A DNA stretch of 64,000 nucleotides from Raillietiella orientalis (taxonomy: Eukaryota), in the NCBI GenBank assembly GCA_036172245.1, contig JAYWIR010000026.1, forward strand, positions 124,001 to 188,000, in the 5' to 3' direction. Positions 51,486 through 64,000 of the stretch are shown here, piece by piece. Each line of letters starts with the position of its first letter. Position 1 is the first letter of the stretch. Below the pieces are notes generated by a model, which did not search any database, was not told where the DNA came from, and saw only the letters and a program-made list of their open reading frames with translations. Position numbers and translations under genes: made by a program.

Positions 51486-52724
51486 TTATCACCCGGGTAC
51501 GCCCGGGGCGTTTATTTATAAACTCCACATGCGTAGTACGAGGCCCCACCACGGCCGTAAACACAGGACCTGTCGGGACACCGAGACGCAGCCCGGCGTG
51601 GCACTCCCCGACAGCGAAAGGGGATGAGGGAAGAAAAACAAAAAGAAAAATAAAGAAATAAACATACAAAAAGAGTTTAGAGGGCAGGATAGGGATCACT
51701 GGACGCTGTGAGGAGGGCCCATCCTTTGAAGGAAGCCCTCGAGGTCTCTCCGCATATTTCCCAGATGGGGCCATCGAGCAGCTATCCGCAAGAAGCGTAC
51801 TGCATACTGGATGACGTCCCTCTCGTTTTCGTCCACATCTTCGTTACTGGCGTTGCTCCAGGCCTCCACGATGCCTCGGACACAGCACAAGGCTGCGATG
51901 GCTGCGGCTGGCTGCAGTGCGTCCTTCACGAAGAGGGGCCGAAGAACGTCTCTGGGGGTGCTGCCCGTAGGGAGACCTAGGGTCGCCCCGAACCGTTCCC
52001 AGAAGGGTCGGATGGCAGCACAATCCACAATAAGGTGGGGAAGCGACTCCCGCTCCCCGCACCTGGCACACGCAGAATCCACAGCTCCCGTGGTCCAGTG
52101 GAAGCGGCGCGCGTTGCAGGGTAGACCCCAGTGCAACAGGAGCAACGCCGACTCTTGCCACTTGAGGGGCAGGATCCTGGATTCATTCATCACCGGGGGC
52201 CACTTCAGCTCATCCCTGGGGATGGCGAGCAGCTCGCCCCATCTTGATAATCCTCGCGGCTGGACGCTCGGGGTCGTGGCGTCGGCCAGTTCTCCTGTTG
52301 TCCAGGCGCTAATCAACTTCTCCCGTCCCTCGATGCAGCAGGAGACTTGCCACCTTTGGGTCCGGCTGCTGTGAAGTGCCCTCCTCAGGAAGGGCAGCGC
52401 CGTGGCTAGGTAGGTCGTCTCCGCCCACATGCATCTTGCTTAACTCTCCAGGAGATTCCCCAGCGTGCAGCGGGCATAGGGGCTGCATCGGAGACGATTC
52501 CACGTCTTGTGGCTCCTCTGGTTTACCACTGCCCACGTTCCAATATTCTCCTCCAGCCAGGCGGGGGAGTTGGCGGGGCAGAAATCCATCCAGCTGTTCT
52601 CCTTGGCCAATGTTGCCATGCGCCCGAGCAGTAGGCCGCATCTTCGCATCTTCGGGCCTGGGCACCGAAGAAAAGACGCGAGTCCATCGCACCGGGACAC
52701 ACGGCTGGCCAGGAGGCGGGTCGG
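51486..52724 (-). mobile_element. Family H 3' fragment, copy 2
   Basis: Homologous to 33013-34247. Terminal AATAAACGCCCCGGGCGTACCCGGGTGATAA. Confidence 0.9.
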
Positions 52725-53084
52725 TTGCAATAGAATTGTACGTAAATTCACGTTTCACTAACAATATTGCGAAGCATCAAATGTTTCAAAAAACGAGTGC
52801 AAACTTAGCATTAATAAAACCTATGCAATTTCTTGATAGCGACAAAGCAAAAACTCTTACCTTGGCCAACCAATAGCTCTCTAGTTAACTATGGCAGCTG
52901 CGAGCCAACAGAGAAAAATCCGGATCTCCGCAACACTAAATTACCATACTATTTTTCCGTGTACAGCTAGAGTACGTATATATGTATCACAAAACGGTGA
53001 ATGAGCACAAGTCGTGGCGAGAAAAATTTCTAATACTACTTGAACTTCTCAACGGCGGAGCTACGCTCAAACACGTCTTGCCGC
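52725..53084 (-). mobile_element. AT-rich insert, putative 5' end of another element (M)
   Basis: AGACGTGTTTG on the minus strand at 53078, next to the junction with J RT. No recognisable protein motif. Confidence 0.4.
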
Positions 53085-54924
53085 GCAGGCTGACGCTGGC
53101 CAACCTGCGGAGCTTCTTCCCTGGAGCGCCGGCCGTGACCGCCTATGCTGACGACCTACTTCTCCTGTTGCCCATGTCCACCCCGGCGTCCAGGCTCGAA
53201 GACTTCTTCGACCTCATTCGTCGGGGAGCTGCCGTGAGCGCCAACAGGCCGAAATCCACCGTTGTATCGGTTGGCTCTGCGTTAGAGGGGCAGTCCGACT
53301 GGATCCACCTGGGGATACCCACGGGCAGGTACTTTAAGTACCTTGGCGTTCCATTGGGATAATTGTTTTGCCGAAGCGTGGTCGCATTGCCTTCACAAGG
53401 CAGAAACTGCTTTGGGCCTGTTCCAAGGTCGCTGGTTCCACCTGCCAAAGCAAGCCTTTGTGTGGAACATTTTCGTTGCCCCCCTCCTCCGTCCCCTCTT
53501 TTTTGTTTGTCCCCCTCCCTACTCGGCTTAGCGCCGGGCGCAACGCTCGTTGCGGAACGCCCTGTGGGGACCTGCCAGGTCCAGGATACGCCTGAAGGAC
53601 TTGGCGGCTCCTCGGCGGGATGCAGGATTGGGCATCCTGACGCTGGAGCGGATCGGACTGCTAGTGCAGTTCCGCATGCTGGCACTTTGTGCGCAGCTCT
53701 GGACTACTCCCTGGTGTGCTCCAGCGCGGCTGCTGCTGCGGCGCTGCACGGGTGGCGACGGACTACGTTCGTTGCATCTGCGCACGGAGCGCGCCCAGAG
53801 AGAATTCGGCTTCCCTTTGAAGCAGCTCGCCACGCTTCTGGGGAAGCATGAGTGGATCTCCTGCCGGCCGACGAACTTCAACGCCTGGAGGCAGGAAGCC
53901 TTATCGTCCTGGGCAGCGCAACAGGATGTGTCCCGTTTGGAACTCCGTTGCGTGAAACCTTCCCCATACTGTCCAGTGGGGGAGGTGCTGGAAGACCAGG
54001 ACCAGTGGACACGCCTAGCCGCTACGCCACTCGCCGAAGCACTGTGTGCACTGATGGTGCGAGATGACAGTGACCTGCCGGCGAGGTGAGAGATCACTTG
54101 CGAAATCGCAGGCGAAACCCTGCTGCTGGGAGGCTGGCGGACTTGCGAAGTGGCAGACGCTGCCACACCTCGCCTTCGTGCAAAGGGGCTTCTCCGGTGG
54201 AGTGAACTCCTCGGGGTGCCCACCGAAGAACTTGTGGTCCCTTCTGCGTGCTTGGACGCGACTGTATTTCCCCTTCGGTGGAAGCAGGACGCATTTCTGC
54301 TGGTGCATTGGGGTCTGTGCTGCAACCAGCGCGCGCACCTGGTTTCCGGGGCAGTTGCGTCCGCGTACTGTGCAACATGCAGAGCGGTGGAATCGCTTCC
54401 GCATTTGCTGTTTCAATGCGGTGCCCTCCAGGAGCTGTGGCGGCGGCTGTCTTCAGCGCTCCTGCACCCTGGACACACCGCACTGGATTGGATGCGCCGC
54501 TTCTTCACGGGGTGCGGTCTATCTCTTGGAGCGGTCGTCGCAATCATCTGCTTCGTCCGCGCCATTTTTCAGGGCCCGCCACGTATCGCAGATGCGAGCG
54601 GTCCCAACATCTGTCCCCGACACTGCAGCCTGCAGCCTGCAACTAGCTGCAGGGGGGTCACACCTTAACACAGAAGTGAGGACGGAGATTGCCGGCATTC
54701 ACCGCCGGTTCTGAGAATAGGAACGGCTGAAACAGATGACCCCTGTCCTCAAACTTCTACTATATTTCCTTATTTAATTGCCCCTCCCTGCTGCTGTTCA
54801 GAACTCTCAGTGTGCCTGACCGGCGTCTGGGGAACCCTCCTCCAAATCTTCTGTTCCCCTTGCCTGGGAACGCAGTTCCCAGATGATCTGCAAAAGCAAA
54901 TGTCCCAGCGCAACCGGGTAACAT
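53085..54924 (+). mobile_element. Family J 3' part, copy 2
   Basis: Homologous to ~45180-47012. Degenerate terminus AAATGTCCCAGCGCAACCGGGTAACAT. Confidence 0.9.
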
Positions 54925-55188
54925 GCGAAGACGCCTGTCTCATGGGCGCACCTCGAGCACGATCCGGTCATGGTCCGGCAGTTCCGACGGTAACTTGCCG
55001 CGCCTGTGCACGCGTGAGCATAGATGCTGGTCAAGAAACACGTGATCTATGCTGTTGGCCATTTCCGCATCTCCCGCGAACAAGTTGCGCGTGTGCATCT
55101 CTGAGCACAGCTCGTTAACGCGGTCCCGAACTGTGTCAGGCGCACCTGACATCAGGCGAAGGTTAAAGTCGCCTGCGATCAGGTGCTC
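54925..55188 (-). mobile_element. APE fragment, last LINE piece of the block
   Basis: HLIAGDFNLRL...SIDHVFLD...LPDHDRIVLEVRP. Confidence 0.88.
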
Positions 55189-58100
55189 ATATATCTGTAT
55201 ATAAATTTCCACATCGGTATAGGCGATCAGCATATGTATATACCTTCGCGACCTTTCGGGGGATTTTGGCAGCTCGGAATTTGGTTCGAATGCGTCCCGC
55301 AGGGCGGCGCATATATTTGGCAACAAAAATTTCGATGACGGAACAAAAATTGATGAAGATGAATTCCACTTTGATAGGGAATACCATTCTGTCGATTTTG
55401 CGGGTTTCAAGCAGTTCCGTCTGGGCTTATAAGTTCCACTGGAATGAAAAATGAGGTTTTCGACATTGTATGCCACGAAGAACTCGTCGTTTCAGTAGTT
55501 GTGGTGGCTGCGACCCCACGGGGTCACCGCCTGAGGCTGCACACACGGCGAAGATTGGGTGAAATCTCCACATCGTTGAGTGACACCAGCAGCCCACGTT
55601 CCGGAGGTGTTTGTTCCGTGGTGTTTGGAATGGAAGCTGCGTGTCTTCGTCGCGTGCCAAAAGAGACCTTGTGGATGCGACCGGCACTCCGTTTCCAGGG
55701 GAACTGCAGCAACGTCTTCCCTGTGGTACTCGCGCCTGCGGGAAGTGCGGCCCGGTTCACGGTCATGAGGAGTGGGGGTTGACGTGCTCTGGGCCCGCTG
55801 CGACATCCGCGGTCAACCGGTCACAGGAAGGGGAACGCCTGCCAGAAGCGGAGTTCCGCAACGTGGGGCCGAACCCACGGTCAAGTCAGCATTCCCGGAT
55901 CGAGTGAAGGCGGCATGAAAAGAAATACGCTGTCACGGAAAGGTTGGATGACTATCGATGCGACTCGCGCTCGAGCTCGGGTGGGAAACAAAAATGCCAA
56001 TCTCAGGTTACTCCCTCTTCCCGCTTTAGCAAAAATGCTGGATGGCCCTAAACACTGGTTTTTGTGTTCGCATCTCCTTCTGTTCCTCATAAATTCGTGT
56101 CCGTATCTTTAGACTGCTTACCAGACTGCAGATCTCAACCGAACACGTTGGAATTAGGGAAGCTCTGCCTTTCCTTCATCGATTTTTCTACGGAAGAGGA
56201 GCAGCAGCGAATGATTCCTTTCGTGGAAAGCAACGAATGGGACCTCCCACCCGTGGAATCCTCCCTCTCCCTCGTATCGGTGGATCCGTGGACTATCTTC
56301 TTCTCTGCCCCTCAATCGTCAGTGGCCAGCGCACTGCCATTTGTTCGCCAATTCCAAGTTTACGTACGTTTCAGAATTCAGCTGCTGGAGAAAATCCGCA
56401 AATATTAAAATTGGATACCTTCCTTTCAAAACTGCTATGGAATTCGAACGAGCGATTGTCTTCATAAGAGAAGACACTTCATGGTAGGGTCAACACATAA
56501 AAATGGATAAACTAAAGTTTCTCCAGCCGGGCGGTGGAGGCTCTCACCATCTTATGGAGATGGTGAAATCATCTTATGGAGAAACAGCCAGAAGATTCAA
56601 CGACACCAAACAACACCTTCTTTTGTTTATGCTGCTCTGACCGGAATGTCCCATACGTGCCTACGTCTCCATGAAAATCCCATGAGTGATTGGTACCCCC
56701 TGCACTCCACATTTTCCTTTCCTTTGCGGATTCTGCGAACTTCCTGCTCGAGGATTATGAAATCATCGAATTCATAATGAAAAGATACTTTTTCTGTGCA
56801 AAAGGCTCTGATTGAGAGCGTCCGTTCCGAATTCGCAGTGGTCTTCGCTATGCCATCGTTGTTCAGTTCAGTGTTTCTTTCCTATTTGTGGTTTCATTCT
56901 ATATTCGTTCGATCACGTGGTCAATCAAAGAGAACAAGGAGCGAGCTTCTAGAAGAGTACTCTTAAAAGGAGGATGGGCATTACAAGGCTCAGAATACCA
57001 TCTCCGGATGACCATGACTTTGTGGAAATGCGAGTCGTGGGAAATGATGCATGCAGTTTGCTATACATTCCAAGTTAGGTGATTCCCACTTTCATGAAGA
57101 TTCTCTCCAGGTATGAGGTTTTTCCGCCCACTTGGAGATCACCAAGTTGCCACAGCAACAGAACTGCGCGCAACATTTCAGCTGAGGACGCTGCAGCGAC
57201 ATCGGTCAGCGGACCGAAGTGCTGCACTCAGGAGTGCAATACAAAGTCGGGTGGGCAAGGTCACCATTTGATGTGGTTTTCCCGAAACCACGGCCGTCCT
57301 CTGTATTTGTTCTCCCCGGTAAGAAACAACGTACCGGAAAAGCATGCCGAGTGCGCGACGAACTCCTATGGTCGGCTAGGGTGAGGAAAAAATGGGACTT
57401 GGAATGTGCGCAGCCAAAGGTTCTTCTCTTCCTACGCAGAAATCGTCTTCAGGATTCTTCAGCATCTCGCGCCACACGCTGCTGGTGGTGGTGGTGGTGG
57501 TCTTTGCAACTCCCCTCCGTGAAATGCGATGATACCGTCCGCCCTGTCCTGCATGGTCAGGTCCGATTTGCTTCTATGGAAGCGCACGAAATGGGATGGC
57601 ATACAAAAAGAGGAGATGAGGAACCCACGGCGCTTCCGACCTTGTGGGTTGGGAAACGGCAGCGATGGTGAGTGACTGACTTGGAGCTTCGTGCCCGAAG
57701 GCGAAGCGAGCGCCCCGTCTCCGGTGGTTGCCAGTCCGTCGATTTTTCCCTTCGGTGGCACGAAGCGGCTCCAACGGTTGTCGTCCGTGCGCGTGGCAAA
57801 GGAACGTGTGGCTTCCCTGGTCACCGCCGCGGAGGACTTCTCCGGCCGTGCGGAGGAGCCACGGCAACCCTCACGTTGTTCGTCCGGCCCACTCCTGCGG
57901 GACGCTGCGTGTCTTCGGGGCAGCGAATTCGGAGTGGGCAGCGGCGAAATCGCGTTCGAGAGGAATCGAACGCTCTCGAAGCATCGTCATCCCGCAGCTG
58001 CATCTTTCACCCACACTCCAACAGGAATCGCGATGGGCCGACCCCGCTCCGTTCCTGTTTCCTCTCCGCAGCAGGCACTGCTCGGCAACGTCTGGAGTCG

Positions 58101-58561
58101 GTGTCGCCGCTCTTTAATCGTCTTCGAGTACCGTTATGTCCTCCCGAATCGATCACGGCGAGTTGGGAGCATCCGCGGGTTACGGGGTGAATCGAAAACA
58201 CGTCCGGCGTCCGCGCAAAGAGCTTCGGTGTGTTCCGCGTCGAGGAGGAAGGCTTTCGTAGCTGCAGGCGGAAGAGTGACCACCGCGGTGCGGGGACAGT
58301 GGGCTGCTGCTGCTCCGCCTCCAGAGTCCATGCGAGCGTTTCGTGAGGAATGCCGGCCACTTGCATCTTTCAGTCGGCCATCCACAGGACCGGGAACTGA
58401 CGGGGAATGCTCGGGCAGCCGAATCGGGGAGTGCTCCGCGCCGAAGGAGGTTTGTTGACTGACGGAGAGCCCTCAGGAATTTGAGAATGAATGGTCCTGC
58501 AGGGATGAATGAAGCGTAAACCCCGGAATTGCCGAAATTTGTTTCTCGTCATCACACTGTG

Positions 58562-61500
58562 ATGTGGAAACAAATCTGCCTGTTGAATTTTATGGTACTC
58601 TGGAAATTCATAACCAATGAAATCATTGATGTGAACAATGGCTTTGACAATCTGAACAGGATAAAGTTGTTTTCTGAGAAATACTTATCCAATAAAACTG
58701 TTGAGAAGGCACCCTATGGGGAAGTAAAAGCTGCAGCCAAACTTCTGGGTTCCAAATTAAGACAGCTTGTAAATCAGGAGCTCGGTGTGACATTTCTCCA
58801 GGTAAAAATTGGGTTGAATGTTCAAGGAACGAAATTAGTAAAGTTCAAAGAACACCGGAGCATTTATGTGCCCCTGCAAGCATTTTAGTTGTAATCTCTA
58901 CTAGATTGGAAAAACATGATTCTGATCAGGTTTCTCAGATTGGTAATGTTTGCTTTCAGGGTACATTTGATGCTCTTTCATTCACATCTTTGGAAGACAA
59001 ACAAGCAGTGATTGATACTGTAAGTAAATGATAATTTGTAATTGCAGTTTAATTTGTGAGCATGGTTGAAGTAAATGAATGGTACCAGGATAACTTTCCA
59101 TGTTTCTGTTTGCAAAACCTAGATTGCTGATAATCTTTCAAGGAAGTTTTATCGTTACTTTCAACTTTTATCAGACATACGATTGCATGTACAGAAGTTA
59201 TTTAAACGGTGGAGAACCTTGCCCTTATCTGAAAGAAAATTATGTGTTCATTTCCCCTCTTCTTCCTTGGGGTAATTGTGTGCCTTTTTTTGGCGACAGT
59301 ATTTTATTAATCATTTTCAGGTATAGTATTCGATTTCAAACAAATGTCAGCACATCTAGCAGTTGTGAAACTTCAACAAATCTAATATCAGCAAACGTGT
59401 TTACAATAGGACAACATTTAAATAAAGGTATTGGAATTTCTGTGGGGATGTTTCTGTGGAAAGGTGTCAACTATAAGACTGTCAACAGTCGCATTGCTTT
59501 GGATTGTCACATTATTTTTTTTCTTAACAGAAAATAATGAAAATAAGCGTTTTATTTTTTTTATTTTGCATTAGAAGTAATTGCATTTAAAATTTCTTCA
59601 TGATACATTCATTTTTAGTAATAATTTATGCATCCTACGAATTAGTGCCTGTGCATGTGAGTTGATCATATTGCAAAGGAAATTTCCTCGTTTTTTTTTT
59701 CTTTCCAATAAATACTTTTAATTGGATGCTGTTATCTCAGTTATGGAGTCAGCAAGACTATTAATTTTAGAATGTGAATTGAAATTTTGTAATGTTTTTA
59801 ATTTGCATTTCGGATTCTTTAACTAATTAATGTTTTTGAATGACTTTACAGTTTTTCAAGAAAACATACAGAATCAGTCTGCTCTCAAATGGCAATATTT
59901 TGTATCAAATCATAGCACTGCTGATATTTTTCCTGCATTTCATTTAAATCCCAAAGTAAATTCCAATTGGTTGCAACAAAATAATTATGAGTTGCTTTCC
60001 ATGTGTATTTATTCTGCCCCAAAGGCAGTATTTATACTAATTGACAGAGGCAATATGCCTTCAAATGCTTACCTTTTTTTAGCTAAGTCTCTAGGTAAGG
60101 TTTTTTGAGCATGGTAGCTCATTGTGTAACTGCCTCATTTTAGGGAAACATATTTTATCATTAATATCTCCTCATGACTTTTTGATGGTTATGAGCTTGG
60201 CTGATGATGTCCACATGCCACTGAGTAATGTAGCTTGTTTGATTCGTCCAATGCCTTTAGCTACTTTTCTAACAAAACAGAAATTTGTTATTTATTTGGA
60301 GGAACTAGAAGGATCTAAAGGTTGGCAGTATTTCTGGTATCCTGATTAACAATCATTTTGCATATAGCCTCTACAAATCATTCACAAGGATTGAGAATGA
60401 CTTGTACTATAATTCAGTCTATGATCCAGCATCAGAAGTTTTCTGGATCTGTTTTAATAGTATATATAATTCAAGAGAAATTTATCCGGCTTCTGGAAAA
60501 AGAAATGTTCATGTTAGCTGAAAATTGCAAGTTCACAGCAAACTTCACAATTGATACTTATATTCTTTCAGATGGTATATTTGTTTTTGCTTTTTTTAAT
60601 ATACATGTTTTTGCAAATTTTTCTCTCCAGAAGTTGGAATCAATTCAACTGCAGTGCAATTTTTCAATACATTTGCTACAGGTGGCTCCAATAACTGTAG
60701 TGATTGCAATCAGTTCAATTTCAAAGGTCGAACAGTTTTCCTGACCATAAATACCACTTTACATAGAGCTGTTGGAGACATATATCAGTCTCTTAGTATA
60801 TCTCCGAATTCCGATTTTATGTTGTCTTTGCCAAAATGGGATAACATAGGAAAAGGTTAGGTTGGAAAATTTGTCTAGCAATTGAAATGGTCGTAGGAGT
60901 TGTTGTCAGCATGTGCCAAGCATGTTTTTATGATGACGAAGTGTTTGGTATAGTTGGATTTGACATTTCTGCAGAAGCACTCTTAGAAGATTTATTTCTG
61001 TATTCCCCTCCTCGAGATAACTATATGTTTGTTGTGGACATTTCTGGTAAACAGCTTAGCATATGAACACTTTTGTTCTTGGTAGCTCAGGTCAGACAAT
61101 AGTTCACCCAGCTGTGTATTCCAAACTTGATGTACCAGAAAGTCTTCACAATCAAGGTATTATTGAAGTAGAGCCTCACTTAAATTCGACTGTTATTCAT
61201 ATGATATTGTTCCAAGAGAACGGTCAGATCACATTACTAGATGAAAAACAAGCTAAGAAACTGGTGAGCAAGTCTTGTATCTATAAACTAGCACATTATT
61301 TCTGCTGATAGTATTCGTGGAAAAGAGTCAAACATAGTCCATATGTAATAGTGGAAGTGGCACAATATCCCCTTTCAAGCACATCCAAAATAAAAGAGGT
61401 GACCGAACTGAATAGTGATATTTTGTATCACCAGCTTAACCTAATGCCATCCTCTGCAAATATCGGTTTATGTCGACATTTGCACACATTAGCATCACTT

Positions 61501-63627
61501 GGTAAGTTGAAAGAAACATTGTGTGTGTATCTTTAGTTTGTAGCAGGAGGAGGTCTTTTCTTACCCCCTGCTGCTTTTACTTCCCCATTTGAACATAAGC
61601 TTGAATCGGAAACAACACTGGAAGTACAGAGTTACTTAGCTTACTTGACTGATAGCCTGAATCTGGTGGCTAATCCAGGTCTTCAACAATCAGTGAAAAA
61701 TAATGTGCGTGCACTTTCTTTAATACTTCAAGAATGGAAAAATCAGTTTCTGCATTCCAACCTTCAAGAGGCAATTGTCCGCAGGTAGTTGTGCAGCTGT
61801 CTGTGAGTGAGATTGGGGGGCTGTGCTGGTTTCAGATATGCTTCTACTCCTCAAGGTCTCTTGCTCACATATCCAAGTGCAGCAATTAAAAGAGAAGCAA
61901 ATCCCATTAAGCAGCAGTGGTTTGTGCAAGCATTTGCGAATTTTCCCGGAACAATTGTGTTGAATAGCCCAATCTTAGATGCTGGAGGTGCAGGCTACGT
62001 GGTAGCCATCAGTCACACCATATATCAAGGTCAATCAGCAGCTATGCATAGCAATGAAGACAGTGTACAGGCAGTGTTATCTCTTGAGCTAACACTGGGT
62101 TTTCTACATGGTTTGATTTTGGATGTTATTCCATCATGTCAAATGCAACAGATTCGATGTTACTTGATAGACAATTATGGATACATTATAACTCATCCAC
62201 ATCTACCTATCAACAATGAACATCTTCACATCTTTCGTGAAGAGCCTCTAGTGGCAAATAGTATGTTGACACAGCCAATGTTTGTGCAGAAGCAAGCTTG
62301 TAATAATCCCAAGGATCAGATGTTTCAAAGGTAGAATGGAAAATAATCTAGTGCACTCTTAATGTCAAACAGATGGTATAAATTTAATACGAGCTTTTCT
62401 TCTGTGGTCACAAATGCTGCATCCGGACAGGCGTGTACTCAGTATCAAGCAATAGCTGTTCCTGGTACCAACACATTCCTAGTGATGATCAACCAATCAT
62501 GTGATTCAATTGCACCATTCTGTCCATGTAGTTCAGTAAGATATTGCAATTTTTCTAGCTGTGTCATAGCCATTTTTAAGGCCTGCAACAGAGTTATTGA
62601 ATTTGCTCACTTTGTTAGGTAGCACACGTCTGCCTGAACTGCTTTCGAATGGAGCCTAATGAATGTGAGTGCCCTTGCACATGCCCATCAGAACTAGAAT
62701 TTTGTGATAAATATGCTCAACCTCCCAATTTGTGTCCAGCAAATTTCCAAGCAGAACAGAAGTCTATGATAGATGATCAGGAATCAGCAATGGATTTGCC
62801 TATGTGTGTGCCCATTGCATGTGAAAGCTATAGCAGTCAAAGGTGAAGCTGTATGCAAAAAGAAAAGCACCCTTGCTAACTGTATCATGTCAGATCGTGT
62901 TTAGGGGTACTAGGATGTCAGTGGTGTACAATAGATGCAGATGGAATAACAAAACTTCCTTTTCCTTATTGTAGTCCACATCTTCTTTGTTTTGGTGGAC
63001 AAAAAAAAGGATTCCATCCTTACTGGCAGCATGACAAAAGTATTTTCATAAAATCGTTTTCGTCACATACGTATTTTCTTTTCAGGTTATTTACCATCTG
63101 TGCAAGTAATGATCCAGAATTCTTCACCTGTTGGAATTATTGTTGGTGTTATCATTGGTTGTTTTTTGATGATTGGACTAATAGTTTACTGCTATAAGCA
63201 TCATGGAAATGAATTTAGTGCAAACAGAGTGATACAATCCCAGTGTTTGGTGCAAGATTCGGAAGGTGAGCACTTGGACATGAATTCCTGTATTGTAACC
63301 AGCAAGCAATCTCCCTTTCCGAATTTTACTCATATCACCTCTCCTTATAATTTGGAATGTTGGTCCCATTACAAAATACCTACAGCAGAATCTGACTATG
63401 GCTATTCCACTATGACTCCTTTAGAAGACAGTGAAACAACACATGCACCTTCTACTTTGCATGATCAAAACATGTCTGTTTCACTTCCCTCAGCTCATCA
63501 TTTATCTAATTCATCTAGTGAATGTGAATCTCAGTCAGATAGCGTATTTGCATTTAAAAGTGTTAATTCTGAGAAACCTAAAGGTTCTTGGATGTTGGTC
63601 TCTGCTCAAGTCCATGCTGTTAGCTAA
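58562..63627 (+). CDS. CACHD1: VWFA and cache domain-containing protein 1 homolog (multi-exon, short introns)
   Basis: Exons give LRQLVNQELGVTFLQ, LKWQYF, PKAVFILIDRG, LNSPILDAGGAGYVVAISHTIY, CYLIDNYGYII, AVPGTNTFL, MEPNECECPC, a TM segment SPVGIIVGVIIGC and ESDYGYSTMTP, recalled as characteristic of CACHD1. Short GT-AG introns (first donor at 58802). Exact exon limits not all resolved. Confidence 0.88.
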
Positions 63628-63695
63628 GTGCCATTGCAAATCAAGTATTCATAATTAAAATGTTTATAAAAATATATTTTTATACTCTGACATAA

Positions 63696-63911
63696 TTATC
63701 GGAACCATATGAGAAAGCTCAATAAAAAACAAGCTACAACTGCTGCAGCTGTGTATAAAGATATGCGCCGACCATTTTTGCTGGAACTAATCATTTTGTG
63801 GAAGTATGCACTACTGTTCCCCATCAATGCATCTGCATTATCAAAGTCTTCGGAGACACCATCCAGTACACGATTCTGTTCCTTGGTTTCCATTTCAATA
63901 TCAAAGGCAAG
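63696..63911 (-). CDS. BET1L: Last exon of a Qc-SNARE, BET1-like/GS15 homolog (gene continues beyond the window)
   Basis: After acceptor tttgtcag: LAFDIEMETKEQNRVLDGVSEDFD...NGRRISLYTAAAVVACFLLSFLIWFR*. This is a SNARE coil plus C-terminal TM, resembling BET1L 'LALDID....QNRYLDGMDSDF'. Confidence 0.78.
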   Translation of the reverse strand, partial: LAFDIEMETKEQNRVLDGVSEDFDNADALMGNSSAYFHKMISSSKNGRRISLYTAAAVVACFLLSFLIWFR

Positions 63912-64000
63912 CTGACAAATTTAAGAAATGTTGAACAAACATGTTGAAAACTTATGTGTAGCAGTTCTTCATAACATTAAAAATTAACAATAGTTAACAA

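Noticed and set aside
6309..54089. Frequent TGG->TAG/TGA/TAA and CAG->TAG stops as a sign of APOBEC- or RIP-like editing
   Set aside because: These are the expected single-transition routes to stops. Bias cannot be shown without counting all substitutions.
55480..56420. Possible solo LTR or other repeat
   Set aside because: No second copy, TSD or protein motif in the window.
56690..57600. Possible spliced minus-strand small-GTPase-like gene (GVAKTT, PTIGV, LLLWQLG pieces)
   Set aside because: Motifs are weak and I could not assemble a convincing exon chain. It needs tBLASTn or RNA-seq.

Overview
Eukaryotic window from a compact-intron animal genome; the taxon cannot be fixed from sequence alone. 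Bases 1 to ~55,190 are a GC-rich block made almost entirely of nested non-LTR retrotransposons of L1/Tx1-type architecture: ORF1 with CCHC zinc knuckles, and ORF2 with APE endonuclease, RT and a C-terminal Zn finger. At least 10 diverged families are present, labelled here with arbitrary letters A, C, D, E, F, G, H, I, J, K and M. The nesting is not random. Several families repeatedly insert at one fixed nucleotide position inside a conserved motif of sister families: C into the APE 'GDFN' of A (3 times), G antisense into RT 'DLxKAFD' (3 times, 3 different hosts), H antisense into linker 'LPPGFG' (2 times), and A into ORF1 of G (2 times plus one tandem re-insertion). Together these form a cycle A->G->C->A. 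Most families share conserved termini: 5' GGACGTGTTTT (DPE-like) and 3' AATAAA-hairpin-TGATAA with no poly(A) tail. All copies carry stops or frameshifts. The AT-rich right end holds a spliced CACHD1-like gene (58,562-63,627, +) and the last exon of a convergent BET1L/GS15-like SNARE gene (-).
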